DNA from: an uncultured Oscillospiraceae bacterium
GTDB lineage: Bacteria; Bacillota; Clostridia; Oscillospirales; Oscillospiraceae
Assembly: GCA_964465395.1 (NCBI GenBank)
Contig: CAYXIN010000001.1
Span: 5,065-69,064, forward strand
Direction of reading: 5' to 3'
Length of the DNA stretch: 64,000 bases
The position numbers were made by a program, and so were the translations under genes. This document shows positions 18,841-29,467 of this stretch, piece by piece. A model generated the notes under the pieces. The model was not told where the DNA came from. It saw only the letters and a program-made list of their open reading frames with translations, and searched no databases. Each line of letters opens with the position of its first letter. Position 1 is the stretch's first letter.

Positions 18841-20733
18841 ATGAAAGAGCTTCGCACACCGCCGCTGCCCCTCCGTCTCCGGGTCGCGCTGCGACGGCCG
18901 CGTCTGCTGTGGGAATGCGCGCTTTACTGCGTGGGCGGGCTGCTTCTGTCGGCTGCGGAGCTGAGGGGAGAGGTGCTGCCGCTGGGTGCCTGCTTCGTGG
19001 CCGCGCAGCCCTTCGGTCGGCGCAGCCTTTCGGCCGCCGTCGGCGCGATGGGCGGCTATCTCCTTTGGCACGGGGATGCGGCAGGCGCAGAGGCCGCTGC
19101 GCTGGCGCTGCTGCTGCTGGCCGCCGTCACCGTTTTTCATGGCACAGAGCTGCCGCTGCGTCCCTGGTTCCTGCCGCTGATGGCGGCGGCGGTCAGCCTG
19201 ATTCTAGGGCTTGTCAGCGCGCAGTGGAACGCGCCCGCCGCCCTGTGCTGGTGGGGCGCGCGGACGCTGCTTGCGGCGCTGCTGACGCACGGCCTGCGCG
19301 GGCGGCGCGAGCCAGCGCTGGTCTGCGCCTGTCTTGCAGCGGGGCTGGCGGGACTGCCGCTGCCATGGCAGCCGGGGCTCTGCTTCGGTCTGCTGCTGTT
19401 GGGCTGGGGCGCAGAGCCGCAGCTGCTGGGCGCAATCGGCATTGCACTCGACCTGAGCGGTGGCACGCCATGCGCAACCGCGCTGCTGCTGAGCGCGCAG
19501 CAGCTCTGCCACCCGCTGCCGCCACGCGCGCCTGTGGCGCGGCTGACGCTCTCTCTGGCGCTGAGCTGCGCCGTTCTGTCTCTGTTTGGCGCGCTGAATC
19601 TTCTGCTGTTTCTGGTGGCAGCCTGCGCGCTTTCGCTGGGCACGCTGCTGCGGCGGCTGCATCCGCTGCCCGGCGCAACGGTGCAGCCGGAGTCCGGCGG
19701 ACGGCTTGCGCAGGCCGCCCGCGTGCTGGAGCTGCTGCGCGATCAACTGCCTCAGGCAGACTGCGCGCCCGCGCAGAGCGAAGCGGACAGCATTTTTGAC
19801 GCCGCGGCGGAACGGGTTTGCCGCTGCTGCCCCCGCTTTCACCGTTGCTGGCAGCAGCAGGCAGCCGTGACCTACCGGGCGCTGAGCGAGGCCGCCGGGC
19901 GCATTCTCGAGCGCGGCGTCGCCCGCGCGGAGGACATAGATCCAGCCTTCACCGACACCTGCTGCCACCTCGACGGCTTCCTGACGGCGATCAACCAGGA
20001 GTTGGAGGGTGTTCTCTATCGCCGCCGCTACCGCGCGCAGCTCAGCGAGAGCCGACAGATTCTCGGAGAGAGCTACGCCTGCATGGTGGATTATCTGCGC
20101 GCGCCGGTCGCAGTCCCCGCTGCGCGCCGCTTTCACCCGCTGATTGGTGTCAGCAGCGCACGGCGACGCGGCGCAGCCGTCAGCGGCGACCGGGGCTGCC
20201 ATTTTGCGGGCACGCAGGGCGACTACTTCGTGCTTCTGTGCGACGGCATGGGCAGCGGCGCAGAGGCCGCGCAAATCTGCGCCGACAGCCTGCACACGCT
20301 GCGCGAGCTGCTCAGCGCCGGCCTGCCATGCAGCAGCGCGCTGCAATTACTCAACAGCAGCTATCTGCTGCGCGGAAGCGGCTGCTTTGCTACGGTGGAT
20401 CTGCTGCGACTCGACCTGAGCAGCGGCGAGGCCGGGCTCTACAAATGGGGCAGCGCCCCGTCCTATCTGCGCCAGGAGACGCACATCCGCCGCCTTGGTC
20501 GCCCCATGCCGCCGCCCGGCGTCGGCCCGGCCCGGCGCTTTGAGGAATTTCACTTCCGCCTACAGGCGGACAGTCTGCTGGTGCTCGTCAGCGACGGCGC
20601 GGAGGGCGCAGCCGTGGAGGGTGAGCTGGCCGCCTTTGCAGGCGGCACACCGCAGGAGCTTGCTGCGCTGCTGCTTGCAGACAGCAGCGACGCGGATGAC
20701 CGCACGGCGGTGGTTGTCGCGCTGCACCCCTGA
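18841..20733 (+). CDS. spoIIE: SpoIIE-like membrane PP2C phosphatase
   Basis: Hydrophobic N-terminus; Cys motif VCRCCPRFHRCW..C; PP2C motifs SGD, LCDGMGSG, FATVDL, VSDG, DDRTAVV. Confidence 0.75.
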   Translation: MKELRTPPLPLRLRVALRRPRLLWECALYCVGGLLLSAAELRGEVLPLGACFVAAQPFGRRSLSAAVGAMGGYLLWHGDAAGAEAAALALLLLAAVTVFHGTELPLRPWFLPLMAAAVSLILGLVSAQWNAPAALCWWGARTLLAALLTHGLRGRREPALVCACLAAGLAGLPLPWQPGLCFGLLLLGWGAEPQLLGAIGIALDLSGGTPCATALLLSAQQLCHPLPPRAPVARLTLSLALSCAVLSLFGALNLLLFLVAACALSLGTLLRRLHPLPGATVQPESGGRLAQAARVLELLRDQLPQADCAPAQSEADSIFDAAAERVCRCCPRFHRCWQQQAAVTYRALSEAAGRILERGVARAEDIDPAFTDTCCHLDGFLTAINQELEGVLYRRRYRAQLSESRQILGESYACMVDYLRAPVAVPAARRFHPLIGVSSARRRGAAVSGDRGCHFAGTQGDYFVLLCDGMGSGAEAAQICADSLHTLRELLSAGLPCSSALQLLNSSYLLRGSGCFATVDLLRLDLSSGEAGLYKWGSAPSYLRQETHIRRLGRPMPPPGVGPARRFEEFHFRLQADSLLVLVSDGAEGAAVEGELAAFAGGTPQELAALLLADSSDADDRTAVVVALHP

Positions 20734-20827
20734 GGAGTGCCTGCCCCCTCCCCTGTCCGCAGGCGCAGCAAAAAACGGCGCGCCCCGAAAGCGAAAGCAC
20801 TTCCGGGGCGCGCCGCGTCTGTGTCTG

Positions 20828-21421
20828 TCAGAGGAAAAGCACGCCGCTGAGGATACCCGCCGCAGCAGAAATCACCACGATCAGGATGGGATTGCATTTT
20901 TTCAGCGCCATTACCAGCATGGCGGCAAAAATGACCGCCGAGCAGAGGAAAGCAGGCTGAAGCAGCGCGCTCCAGGCAAAGCCGGAGGCGAAGAACACGG
21001 TTGGCAGCATGGAAAAGGCCGCTGCCGCCATCAGACCGACCACCGCCGCGCGCAGGCCATACATTGCACCGCTGACGATGCGGCTGCTCTTGAAGCGCAG
21101 ATAGAAGCGCGCAACCAGCAGAATCACCAAGAACGACGGCAGCACCACGCCAAGGGTCGCGCAGGCTGAGCCAAGCACGCCCATCCAGTAGTTGCCACCG
21201 AAGCGGTCAAGCACCGTCTCCGCGCCGACATAGGTCGCCACGTTGATGGCAAAGGGGCCGGGCGTAGACTCACTGATGGCCACGAAATCCACCAGCGCCT
21301 CCAGCTCCATCCAGCCACGGCTGGACACCTCATCCTGAATCAGTGGCAGCATGGCGTAGCCGCCGCCAAAGGTAAAGAGACCGATTTTGAAAAAGGTCAG
21401 AAACAGCTCAAGAAAAATCAT
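20828..21421 (-). CDS. Short-chain chromate transporter (CHR family) subunit
   Basis: FFKIGLFTFGGGYAM and ESTPGPFAIN.AT motifs. Confidence 0.9.
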   Translation of the reverse strand: MIFLELFLTFFKIGLFTFGGGYAMLPLIQDEVSSRGWMELEALVDFVAISESTPGPFAINVATYVGAETVLDRFGGNYWMGVLGSACATLGVVLPSFLVILLVARFYLRFKSSRIVSGAMYGLRAAVVGLMAAAAFSMLPTVFFASGFAWSALLQPAFLCSAVIFAAMLVMALKKCNPILIVVISAAAGILSGVLFL

Positions 21422-21987
21422 TCCATCTTCCCCCGCTTTCTGCAAATCGCGCAATAGAGCCAGCCGGCCACACCGCACAGCGCAATCATCGCCACCACAT
21501 TCCAGCTCAGAACGGCCGACCAGAGGAAGGCCGCCACCATGACACACAGAGAGAATACATTGTGCTCCGCCTTCTTCCAGAAGCTGATGACCGCCTTGAC
21601 AATCAGCGCCAGGACACCCGCGCGGATGCCGAAGAAGGCATACTGCACATAAAGATTATCCATAAAACGGCGCAGGAAAAAGGCAATCAGCAGAATGGTG
21701 ATGAACGATGGGAAGACCAGCCCCAGCGTGGCAAAGGCAGCGCCCATCACACCGGCCGTGCGGTAGCCGATGAAGGTCGCGGAGTTGACGGAAATCGGGC
21801 CGGGCGTGGACTCGGCAATGGCAACAATATCGAGAATTTCCTCCTTCTCGATCAGATTCCGCTTTTCTGCGGTCTCCCGCTCGATGATGGGAATCATGGC
21901 ATAGCCGCCGCCGAAGGTAAAGGCGCCGATTTTTGTAAAAATACCGAACAGCCGCAGCGATTGCCGCAGCCGTTGTGCAAAGGTCAT
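21418..21987 (-). CDS. Short-chain chromate transporter (CHR family) subunit
   Basis: KIGAFTFGGGYAM and AESTPGPISVNSATFIG; coupled to its paralogue. Confidence 0.9.
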   Translation of the reverse strand: MTFAQRLRQSLRLFGIFTKIGAFTFGGGYAMIPIIERETAEKRNLIEKEEILDIVAIAESTPGPISVNSATFIGYRTAGVMGAAFATLGLVFPSFITILLIAFFLRRFMDNLYVQYAFFGIRAGVLALIVKAVISFWKKAEHNVFSLCVMVAAFLWSAVLSWNVVAMIALCGVAGWLYCAICRKRGKME

Positions 21988-22110
21988 AAGGGTCCCTCCT
22001 GACAAATTTGTTTGTACCAGTATAGCGCATTTTTACGCAAAAAGCAACTCTCTCCTGCCCGCGCAGGTGGCGGAGGAAAGGTCAGGGCGGCGCGAGGCAG
22101 ATTTGAATTT

Positions 22111-22462
22111 CCCTCTCAGTCACCTTCGGTGACAGCTCTCCCGGAGGGAGAGCCGAGAGCAGATGTGTTTGATTTCCCGCGTTCAGCTCACCCCTTGGCT
22201 CCCCCTCTGGGGGAGCGGACGGCACAGCCGCCTGAGAGGGCGTACCCGTAGGGAGTGCTGTGAAGTGGATTTTGATTTCCCTCTCAGTCATCTTCGATGA
22301 CAGCTCTCCCAGAGGGAGAGCCAAGCATGAGGTGGGGATTGGGAATATCCCTCTCAGTCATCTTCGGTGACAGCTCTCCCGGAGGGAGAGCCAAGCATGA
22401 GGTGGGGATTGGGAATTACCCTCTTAGCCACCTTCGATGACAGCTCTCCCGGAGGGAGAGCC
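22111..22462. repeat. Cluster of five 44-bp REP-like double-hairpin elements (four direct, one inverted)
   Basis: CCCTCTCAGTCACCTTCGGTGACAGCTCTCCCGGAGGGAGAGCC-type units at 22111, 22279, 22349 and 22419; diverged inverted unit at 22197-22240. Confidence 0.85.
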
Positions 22463-22468
22463 GAGAAC

Positions 22469-22502
22469 AAAGGTCGTGTATCGCAGCGGATACACGACCT
22501 TT
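22469..22502. terminator. Terminator downstream of pgsA
   Basis: AAAGGTCGTGTATC-GCAGCG-GATACACGACCTTT. Confidence 0.75.
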
Positions 22503-22545
22503 TCTTATTTTAGCTTTGCCACAACGATTGAGATAGCGCTGCAAT

Positions 22546-23112
22546 TCATTTACTGTGGCGGAGCACGTCCCGATTGCGGACAAAATACTCCACGCCGGAG
22601 TAGAGCGTCGTGAGCGCGATGGCCGCGACATTGAACCAGTTGAACCAGGCGTGGAAGGTCACACCAAGAAGCTGCTGGAAAAATGCGCCGCGGAAGCAGA
22701 GCATGAAGCACAGGCCGGTCATGGTGACGGCGGTCTTGACTTTGCCGGAGGGGGCGGCGGCGATCACGCGTCCGGCGCCGACGGCAATCAGCCGCAGACC
22801 GGTGACCGCAAACTCACGCGTCAGCACGATCATCAGCGCCCAGGCGGGGAACTGCCCCCACTCGCAGAACATCGTCATCGCGGCAATCACAAGTACCTTG
22901 TCGGCAAGCGGATCGAGGAATTTGCCCAGATCGGTAACCTGATTATATTTGCGCGCAATTTTTCCGTCGATGGCGTCCGAAACGCTGGCCACGACAAAAA
23001 CCGCGAAGGAAACATAGGCCATCACATCCGACGAGGTGGAAAGATACATACACACCAGAAAAACCGGGATCAGGATCACCCGGACAAGGGTGATTTTGGT
23101 TGCAGTTGTCAT
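22546..23112 (-). CDS. pgsA: CDP-diacylglycerol--glycerol-3-phosphate 3-phosphatidyltransferase
   Basis: SDAIDGKIARKYNQVTDLGKFLDPLADK motif. Confidence 0.95.
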   Translation of the reverse strand: MTTATKITLVRVILIPVFLVCMYLSTSSDVMAYVSFAVFVVASVSDAIDGKIARKYNQVTDLGKFLDPLADKVLVIAAMTMFCEWGQFPAWALMIVLTREFAVTGLRLIAVGAGRVIAAAPSGKVKTAVTMTGLCFMLCFRGAFFQQLLGVTFHAWFNWFNVAAIALTTLYSGVEYFVRNRDVLRHSK

Positions 23113-23115
23113 GCT

Positions 23116-24441
23116 TTATTCCTCCACTTTTCCTGTCAAATCGCCGTCGCGCACACCGCAGATACGAACGGAGACAAAGCTGCCCACGCGAACGGGCATT
23201 GCGCTGTCAAAGAACACATGGCCGTCGATCTCCGGCGAATCGGCATAGGTGCGGCCGACATACAGGCCGCTCTCCTCCTCATAGCCCTCGCAGAGCACCT
23301 CAAGCACCTGGCCCTGGCGCATCTGATTATAATCATCCATAATGCGCGACTGGAGCTGCGCCACCAGCTCCGCGCGGTGGACGGCAACCTCCTCCGGCGG
23401 ATATTCCATCCGCGCGGCTGCCGTTCCCTCCTCCGGAGAGAAGGCAAAGGCACCAACCCGCTCCAGCTTATGGCACTTGAGCCAGTCGCAGAGCTCCTCA
23501 AAGGCCGCCTCATCCTCACCGGGCAGGCCGGTAATCAGGCTGGTGCGGATGACCACGCCGGGGATGCGCTCGCGCAGCCGCGCAAAGAGTGCATCCAGCT
23601 CCACGCGCGTGCCGCGCCGGTTCATGCGACGGAGAATGCCGTCGTTGACATGCTGAATGGGGATGTCCATGTACTTGACGATCTTGGGCTCCGAGGCAAT
23701 CACCTCGATCAGCTCGTCGCTCATCTCGTCCGGGTAGAGGTAGTGCACGCGAATCCAGTGCAGCTCCTCAATTTTGCACAGCTCACGCAGCAGCGCCGGC
23801 AGGCGGCGCTCGCCATAGAGGTCAATTCCATAGCGGCTGGTATCCTGCGCCACGACGATCAGCTCCCGCACACCGTCACGCGCCAGCAGCCGCGCCTCAT
23901 AGAGGCAATCGTCCATGCTGCGGCTGCGGAATCTGCCGCGCAGCGACGGAATCACGCAATAGGCGCAATGATTGTCGCAGCCCTCCGCAATTTTCAGGTA
24001 GGCATAATGCTCCGGGGTGGTCAGAATCCGGCCGAATTCATCCACGGGTGCATGGATATCGCCAAACTGCGAAACCGCCTCGCCCGCCATCAGGCGCTCC
24101 ACGGCCGAAACGACCTGGCCATAGCTGCCGGTACCGAGCAGGCCATCCACCTCCGGCATTTCCTTCAGGATTTCCTCCTGATAGCGCTGGGAGAGGCAGC
24201 CGGTCACCAGAATTTTCCCGATGATCCCCTGCGCCTTGCACTCGCCCATGGCAAGAATATGGTCGATTGCCTCGCTCTTTGCGGAATCAATGAATCCGCA
24301 GGTGTTGATGATGACCACATCCGCCCCTTCGACGGAGGGCAGAATCTCATGCCCGGCCTCGCGCAGCAGATAGAGCATCTGCTCTGCATTGACCTGATTC
24401 TTGGCACAGCCGAGGGAGATCATCCCGATTCGGTAGCTCAT
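23116..24441 (-). CDS. rimO: Ribosomal protein S12 methylthiotransferase
   Basis: SLGCAKNQVN, INTCGFI, AEGCDNHCAYC radical-SAM motif, DSPEIDG TRAM domain. Confidence 0.95.
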   Translation of the reverse strand: MSYRIGMISLGCAKNQVNAEQMLYLLREAGHEILPSVEGADVVIINTCGFIDSAKSEAIDHILAMGECKAQGIIGKILVTGCLSQRYQEEILKEMPEVDGLLGTGSYGQVVSAVERLMAGEAVSQFGDIHAPVDEFGRILTTPEHYAYLKIAEGCDNHCAYCVIPSLRGRFRSRSMDDCLYEARLLARDGVRELIVVAQDTSRYGIDLYGERRLPALLRELCKIEELHWIRVHYLYPDEMSDELIEVIASEPKIVKYMDIPIQHVNDGILRRMNRRGTRVELDALFARLRERIPGVVIRTSLITGLPGEDEAAFEELCDWLKCHKLERVGAFAFSPEEGTAAARMEYPPEEVAVHRAELVAQLQSRIMDDYNQMRQGQVLEVLCEGYEEESGLYVGRTYADSPEIDGHVFFDSAMPVRVGSFVSVRICGVRDGDLTGKVEE

Positions 24442-24461
24442 AAGCACATTACCTTCTTTCT

Positions 24462-25067
24462 TCATTCATCCTCCGGCTCGTAGCGCGCCAGCGCCCGGCG
24501 GATCTGTTCCCACGAATGGCCGCGCCGCAGCAGCGCATCCGTGGCACGTCTGCGCTCGCGTTCATCCGGGACACTGCCGCGAAAGCGGCGGCGGAGGAAT
24601 TCGTCCACGGCATCCTCCTGCGGCGGAATTTCCGCCAGGGCTTCATCCCAGAGGGCTCTGGGAATCTGCTTTTCATAGAGCAGTCTGCGAATGCGCGCCG
24701 GGCCATAGCCGCGATGCAGCGCGCTGCGCACAAGCTGCGCCGCCGTCTGGCGGTCATCCAGCAGGCGCAGCTCCGTCAGCCAGTCCACAGCGGCCTGCGC
24801 ATCCTCCGGCGTTTCGCCCCGGCGCAGCAGGCGCTCACGCAGTGCCGCGCCGGAAATCGGCGCGGCGGAAAGAATCCGCACCGCGCGCTCACGCGCAGAG
24901 GCCGACGATGCGGCCGCGCGCAGCGCCTCCTGCGCAGGAGCGCTCAGCTCCATACCAACGCAGAGGCCATGCTCCGCCAGCAGCGCCGGCGGAAGCAGCA
25001 GCGCGCTGCCATCCTCCAGACAGACGCGCAGACGCGCGCCGGCCTTTGCAATGGACTCAATCCTCAT
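24462..25067 (-). CDS. recX: Regulatory protein RecX
   Basis: Follows recA; [30 protein letters not shown]. Confidence 0.88.
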   Translation of the reverse strand: MRIESIAKAGARLRVCLEDGSALLLPPALLAEHGLCVGMELSAPAQEALRAAASSASARERAVRILSAAPISGAALRERLLRRGETPEDAQAAVDWLTELRLLDDRQTAAQLVRSALHRGYGPARIRRLLYEKQIPRALWDEALAEIPPQEDAVDEFLRRRFRGSVPDERERRRATDALLRRGHSWEQIRRALARYEPEDE

Positions 25068-26160
25068 CAAAATCCTCGGCGCTGATATCCACCGGCTGGG
25101 CATTGGCCCGCGCCACGCCTCTGCTGCGGGCGCTTTGCAGCTCCGCCAGATGCGCGCGCACCTTCGCCTCCAGCTCGTCGGCCAGCTCCGGATGCTCCTG
25201 AATATAGAGCTTGGCGTTGTCGCGGCCCTGGCCGATGCGCTCCTCGCCCACGGAGAACCAGCTACCGCTCTTGTTCACCAGCTCCAGATTGACCGCGATG
25301 TCGAGCAGCTCGCCATACTTGGAGATGCCCTCGCCATACATGATGTCGAACACCGCCTCGCGGAAGGGGGGCGCGACCTTGTTCTTGATGACCTTCACGC
25401 GGGTGCGGTTGCCCACAATCTCAGTTCCGTTTTTGATGGCCTCGATCTTCCGCACGTCCAGGCGGACAGAGGAATAGAACTTCAGCGCATTGCCGCCGGT
25501 TGTCGTCTCGGGGTTTCCATACATGACGCCAATCTTCATACGAAGCTGGTTGATAAAAATCACGATACAGTTGGTTTTCGCAACGGTGCTGGTGAGCTTG
25601 CGAAGCGCCTGCGACATCAGGCGCGCCTGAAGGCCGACAAAGGCGTCGCCCATTTCGCCCTCAATCTCGGCGCGCGGCGTCAGGGCGGCAACGGAGTCCA
25701 CCACGACCACGTCAATCGCGCCGGAGCGGACGAGCGCCTCGGTGATATCAAGGGCCTGCTCACCGGTATCCGGCTGGGAAACCAGCATGGAATCAATATC
25801 CACACCGATGGCGGCAGCATAGACGGGGTCGAGCGCATGTTCGGCATCGACAAAGGCAACCTCGCCGCCGCGCTCCTGCGCCTCGGCCAGCACATGCAGC
25901 GCCAGCGTCGTCTTGCCGGAGGACTCGGGGCCATAGATCTCGACGATTCTGCCGCGCGGCAGGCCGCCGATGCCCAGCGCGGCATCCAGCGCCAGAGAGC
26001 CCGTGGGAATGGCATCAATGCTCATCTCGGGGCGGTCGCCCAGGCGCATCACGGCGCCCTTGCCATAGTTCTTCTCGATCTGATGCAGCGCGGTCGCCAG
26101 CGCCTTTTTTCTATCCTCTGCGGGAGACGGGGCCTCATAGGTCGTTTTCTTCTGTGCCAT
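25057..26160 (-). CDS. recA: Recombinase RecA
   Basis: [46 protein letters not shown]. Confidence 0.99.
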   Translation of the reverse strand: MAQKKTTYEAPSPAEDRKKALATALHQIEKNYGKGAVMRLGDRPEMSIDAIPTGSLALDAALGIGGLPRGRIVEIYGPESSGKTTLALHVLAEAQERGGEVAFVDAEHALDPVYAAAIGVDIDSMLVSQPDTGEQALDITEALVRSGAIDVVVVDSVAALTPRAEIEGEMGDAFVGLQARLMSQALRKLTSTVAKTNCIVIFINQLRMKIGVMYGNPETTTGGNALKFYSSVRLDVRKIEAIKNGTEIVGNRTRVKVIKNKVAPPFREAVFDIMYGEGISKYGELLDIAVNLELVNKSGSWFSVGEERIGQGRDNAKLYIQEHPELADELEAKVRAHLAELQSARSRGVARANAQPVDISAEDFDED

Positions 26161-26162
26161 AC

Positions 26163-27032
26163 TCAGACTTCCTCTCTTTTCCGGGCAAGCACAGCCCGGG
26201 TAATCTCTGCCGTATCCTTGCGCTGCTCGAGCAGCGTGTAGCCGGCCGCGCGCAGAATGTCGCCCACGGCCTCCTCCTGTCCGATGCCATGCTCCAGGCA
26301 GAGATAGCCGCCCGGATTGAGCGCATGGGTAAAATTCTTCACGATGGCGCGGTAGAAATCCAGCCCATCCGGGCCGCCGTCAAGCGCCAGACAGGGCTCA
26401 TAGTCGCGGACGGAGACATCCAGTGTGCGAAGCTCCGGCGTGGCAATATAGGGCGGGTTGGAAACAATCAGGTCAAAGGTGCCAAGAAAATCCTGCGCGG
26501 GCTTGCGCACATCGATCGGCACACAGCTCACGCGCCCGGTCAGCTTCTGGAGCTGGACATTTCGCCGCGCCACGCGCAGCGCCGCCGGAGAAACATCGCC
26601 CAGGGTGACGCGCGCATCCTTCACGCGGCGCGCGATGGCCAGGCCGATGCATCCGCTGCCGGTGCACAAATCCAGAATGCGCGGATTCTGCTCCAGAAAG
26701 AGCGCCTTCTTGATGGCCAGCTCCGTGACCACCATGGTATCATCGCGGGGAATCAGCACATCCGGCGTGACCACCAGCGTCATATCATAAAAATTCCACT
26801 GCCCGAGAATATAGGGCACGGGCTCCCCCTTCAAATAGCGCTGGACAAAGGACTCGGACAGCTCGCAGACCTCCTGGGAGGCATAGAGGTCACGGTCTGC
26901 GATCATCTGCTCGGCGGTCTTGCCGGAGGCGGCGCAGATCAGCTCGCGGGCGATGTTGCCGGCGAACTGTCCCTCGGTTGCCAGCAGCGCGCGGCGCGCG
27001 TCCAGATAGAGCTCGGCGTAGGTCTTTACCAT
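26163..27032 (-). CDS. prmC: Release-factor glutamine methyltransferase
   Basis: [34 protein letters not shown]. Confidence 0.95.
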   Translation of the reverse strand: MVKTYAELYLDARRALLATEGQFAGNIARELICAASGKTAEQMIADRDLYASQEVCELSESFVQRYLKGEPVPYILGQWNFYDMTLVVTPDVLIPRDDTMVVTELAIKKALFLEQNPRILDLCTGSGCIGLAIARRVKDARVTLGDVSPAALRVARRNVQLQKLTGRVSCVPIDVRKPAQDFLGTFDLIVSNPPYIATPELRTLDVSVRDYEPCLALDGGPDGLDFYRAIVKNFTHALNPGGYLCLEHGIGQEEAVGDILRAAGYTLLEQRKDTAEITRAVLARKREEV

Positions 27033-28006
27033 TTGTCTGCGCCCTCCTTTTCCGGTATCACAGCGCGCAGCGCCTCGATGCCGACCTCAATCATGCTGTC
27101 ATCCGGCTCGTTGGTGGTCAGATATTGCAGCCACATGCCCGGCGCGGAGAGCGCACGGGTCAACCAGTTGTCATAGCGCCCAACCAGGCGGTTGAACTCA
27201 TAGCTGATACCAACCACAAGCGGCAGCAGCAGCAGTTTCAGCGCCACGCGCAGCAGCGCGTTGAGCAGCCCCGACTCGAAGGTCGGCGTGATTGGCGCAA
27301 GGAGCTGGGTCGCCACGGAAAAAACCAGCACCGAAATGAACACCACCACAAACAGGAAGCTCGTGCCGCAGCGGGGATGCAGGCGCGTCTGCGCGCGCAC
27401 ATTCTCCACCGTCAGGGGCAGGCGCGCCTCATAGCAGCGGATGGTCTTATGCTCCGCGCCATGGTAGGCGAAGGTACGCTTCATATCCTTCAGGCGGGAG
27501 CACAGGAACATATAGCCCAGCAGAATCACGATGCGCAGCAGACCCTCAAGCAGATTGCGCACCAGCGCATTGGGCGTCAGCCGCGTAATCAGCTCGCCCA
27601 GCAGCGAGGGCAGGACGAAAAACAGCGCCACGGAGAAAGCCAGACCCAGCACCACGGCCAGCGTCGTCACCGCGCCGGTGGACAGATGCTTCTCAAGCCA
27701 GTCATCCAGACGGGACTGCTTCTGCGACTCCTGCGACGCATCCTCCTCAACAAAGAAATCCGCCGAATACATCAGCGCCTCCACGCCCTGCTTCATGCTG
27801 GCGCAAAAGCTGAAAATGCCCCGGATGAAGGGAAGCTTGCGCAGGGAGAAGCCGGGCTTCGGCTGCTTGCGCGGCGTCACGCGCGTGTTAAGCCCCTCCC
27901 TGCTGCGCACAACGGTGGCGCATTTGTCCGGGCCAAGCATCATGATGCCCTCCAGAAGCGCCTGACCGCCGATCATGGTTTTGAATTTTTCCTGTGTTTT
28001 TGCCAT
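27026..28006 (-). CDS. DUF1385 family membrane protein
   Basis: IGGQALLEGIMM, FAYHGAEHK, HPRCGTSF, TTNEPDDSMIEV. Confidence 0.9.
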   Translation of the reverse strand: MAKTQEKFKTMIGGQALLEGIMMLGPDKCATVVRSREGLNTRVTPRKQPKPGFSLRKLPFIRGIFSFCASMKQGVEALMYSADFFVEEDASQESQKQSRLDDWLEKHLSTGAVTTLAVVLGLAFSVALFFVLPSLLGELITRLTPNALVRNLLEGLLRIVILLGYMFLCSRLKDMKRTFAYHGAEHKTIRCYEARLPLTVENVRAQTRLHPRCGTSFLFVVVFISVLVFSVATQLLAPITPTFESGLLNALLRVALKLLLLPLVVGISYEFNRLVGRYDNWLTRALSAPGMWLQYLTTNEPDDSMIEVGIEALRAVIPEKEGADKW

Positions 28007-28028
28007 AGCTGTTCCTTTCTCCAGTCCA

Positions 28029-29447
28029 TCACTGCTGCGTAATGGGCAGACAGATGGTCACAAGGGTACCGCCGCCGACCGCATTGCAGAGCTCCAGGCG
28101 GCCGTTATGCATCGTGACAATCTCCTCGCAGACGGCCAGGCCGATGCCGCTGCCGCGCGCCTTGGAGCTACCCTTATAGAATTTCTTTTTCACAAGCGGC
28201 AGCTCGTCCTCCGGGATGCCGGGGCCGAAGTCGCGGATGCGGATGCAGATCCGGTCACCCTCGCGGCAGATCTCGGCCGTGATCCGGCCGCCTTCGCCGC
28301 CATGCTTGGCGGCATTATCCAGAATATTCAGAAATACCTGCCGCATTCGGGCGGTATCGCAGGGGATTTCGGGAATCTCGTCGTCATTTTCAAGATAGTC
28401 CAGCTCGATATTTTCCAGACTCAGGCGCGAGCCATACATAAAGACGGTGTCCTCGAACTCGGCGCGCAGATCACTGAGCGCGACATTGATCGTAAAGCGG
28501 CCGTCCTGGATGCGCGTGAAATCGAGCAGCTCCTCCACCAGAGAGGTCAGGCGGCGCGATTCGCGCAGGATGATGCCAAGGCCGCGCCTGACCTGCGCGC
28601 CATCGGCCGCGGCATCGGCAGACAGAAGCGTCTCGCTCCAGCCGCTGATGGCCGTCAGGGGGGTGCGCAGCTCGTGGGAGACGGAGGACATGAACTCGGT
28701 CTGCATTTTCTCCGTCTGGCTGATTTTGTTGGACATGTCGTTGATGGTGTTGGCCAGCTCACCGATCTCGTCGTCAAAATGGCGGGCAATCTGAATGCCA
28801 TAGCTGCCGGCGGCAATCCGCTTGGCGGTCGCCGTGATCTCCGAAACGGGCAGCAGGATGGACTTGACATAATAGCTGCCGCTGAGATAGACGATGAGCA
28901 GAATCACCGCGCCCAGCAGAAACACCAGCAGGCTGAACAGAATCAACTGCCGGTCCACCAGCCGCAGGCTGGTGACATAGCGCAGCACGCCGATGACCTC
29001 GCCGTTGGTATAGACCAGCGGGCTGGACACGGCCATGATGCGCTCGCCTGTGGCGGGATTGACGCCGGTGTAGGTGCAGATGGTTTTGGTTTCGATCGCC
29101 TTTGTAATGTCAGAGGTTACAGTCGCGCGGGAGGACAGCTGCGTATAGGACGAGGCGACCACCCGGTAGCTGGTGTTGACAAATTGCAGCTCAAGCATAT
29201 CCTTGGACTCAAAGCTCTCGGCAAAGCGGGCGCAGGACTGATAATACTCGCGGTAGCTCTGGCCGATGTAGGTCTCAAAGAAGCTCGTGCCGGTATGCGC
29301 CTTGGCGCGCAGACTGGTTTCCATGCTGGAATAATAATAGGAGGAAACCGTCACGGACAGGCAGAGAACGCAGATCAGCATGATCGCCGCGACCAGGCTT
29401 ATGGTGTTGCGCAGCCAGCGGCGCTGCAATCCGGTTTTGCCGGCCAT
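28029..29447 (-). CDS. Membrane sensor histidine kinase (HAMP-HisKA-HATPase)
   Basis: Two TM segments; DEIGELA HAMP; SHELRTPLT H-box; NILDNAAK, DFGPGI, GSGIGLA. Confidence 0.95.
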   Translation of the reverse strand: MAGKTGLQRRWLRNTISLVAAIMLICVLCLSVTVSSYYYSSMETSLRAKAHTGTSFFETYIGQSYREYYQSCARFAESFESKDMLELQFVNTSYRVVASSYTQLSSRATVTSDITKAIETKTICTYTGVNPATGERIMAVSSPLVYTNGEVIGVLRYVTSLRLVDRQLILFSLLVFLLGAVILLIVYLSGSYYVKSILLPVSEITATAKRIAAGSYGIQIARHFDDEIGELANTINDMSNKISQTEKMQTEFMSSVSHELRTPLTAISGWSETLLSADAAADGAQVRRGLGIILRESRRLTSLVEELLDFTRIQDGRFTINVALSDLRAEFEDTVFMYGSRLSLENIELDYLENDDEIPEIPCDTARMRQVFLNILDNAAKHGGEGGRITAEICREGDRICIRIRDFGPGIPEDELPLVKKKFYKGSSKARGSGIGLAVCEEIVTMHNGRLELCNAVGGGTLVTICLPITQQ

Positions 29448-29467
29448 ATGTCACCCCTCCTCCGGGA

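Noticed and set aside
22111-22462. CRISPR array
   Set aside because: The linkers between tandem copies are nearly identical rather than unique, spacing is irregular, one copy is inverted, the 44-bp unit has two hairpins, and no cas genes are in the window.
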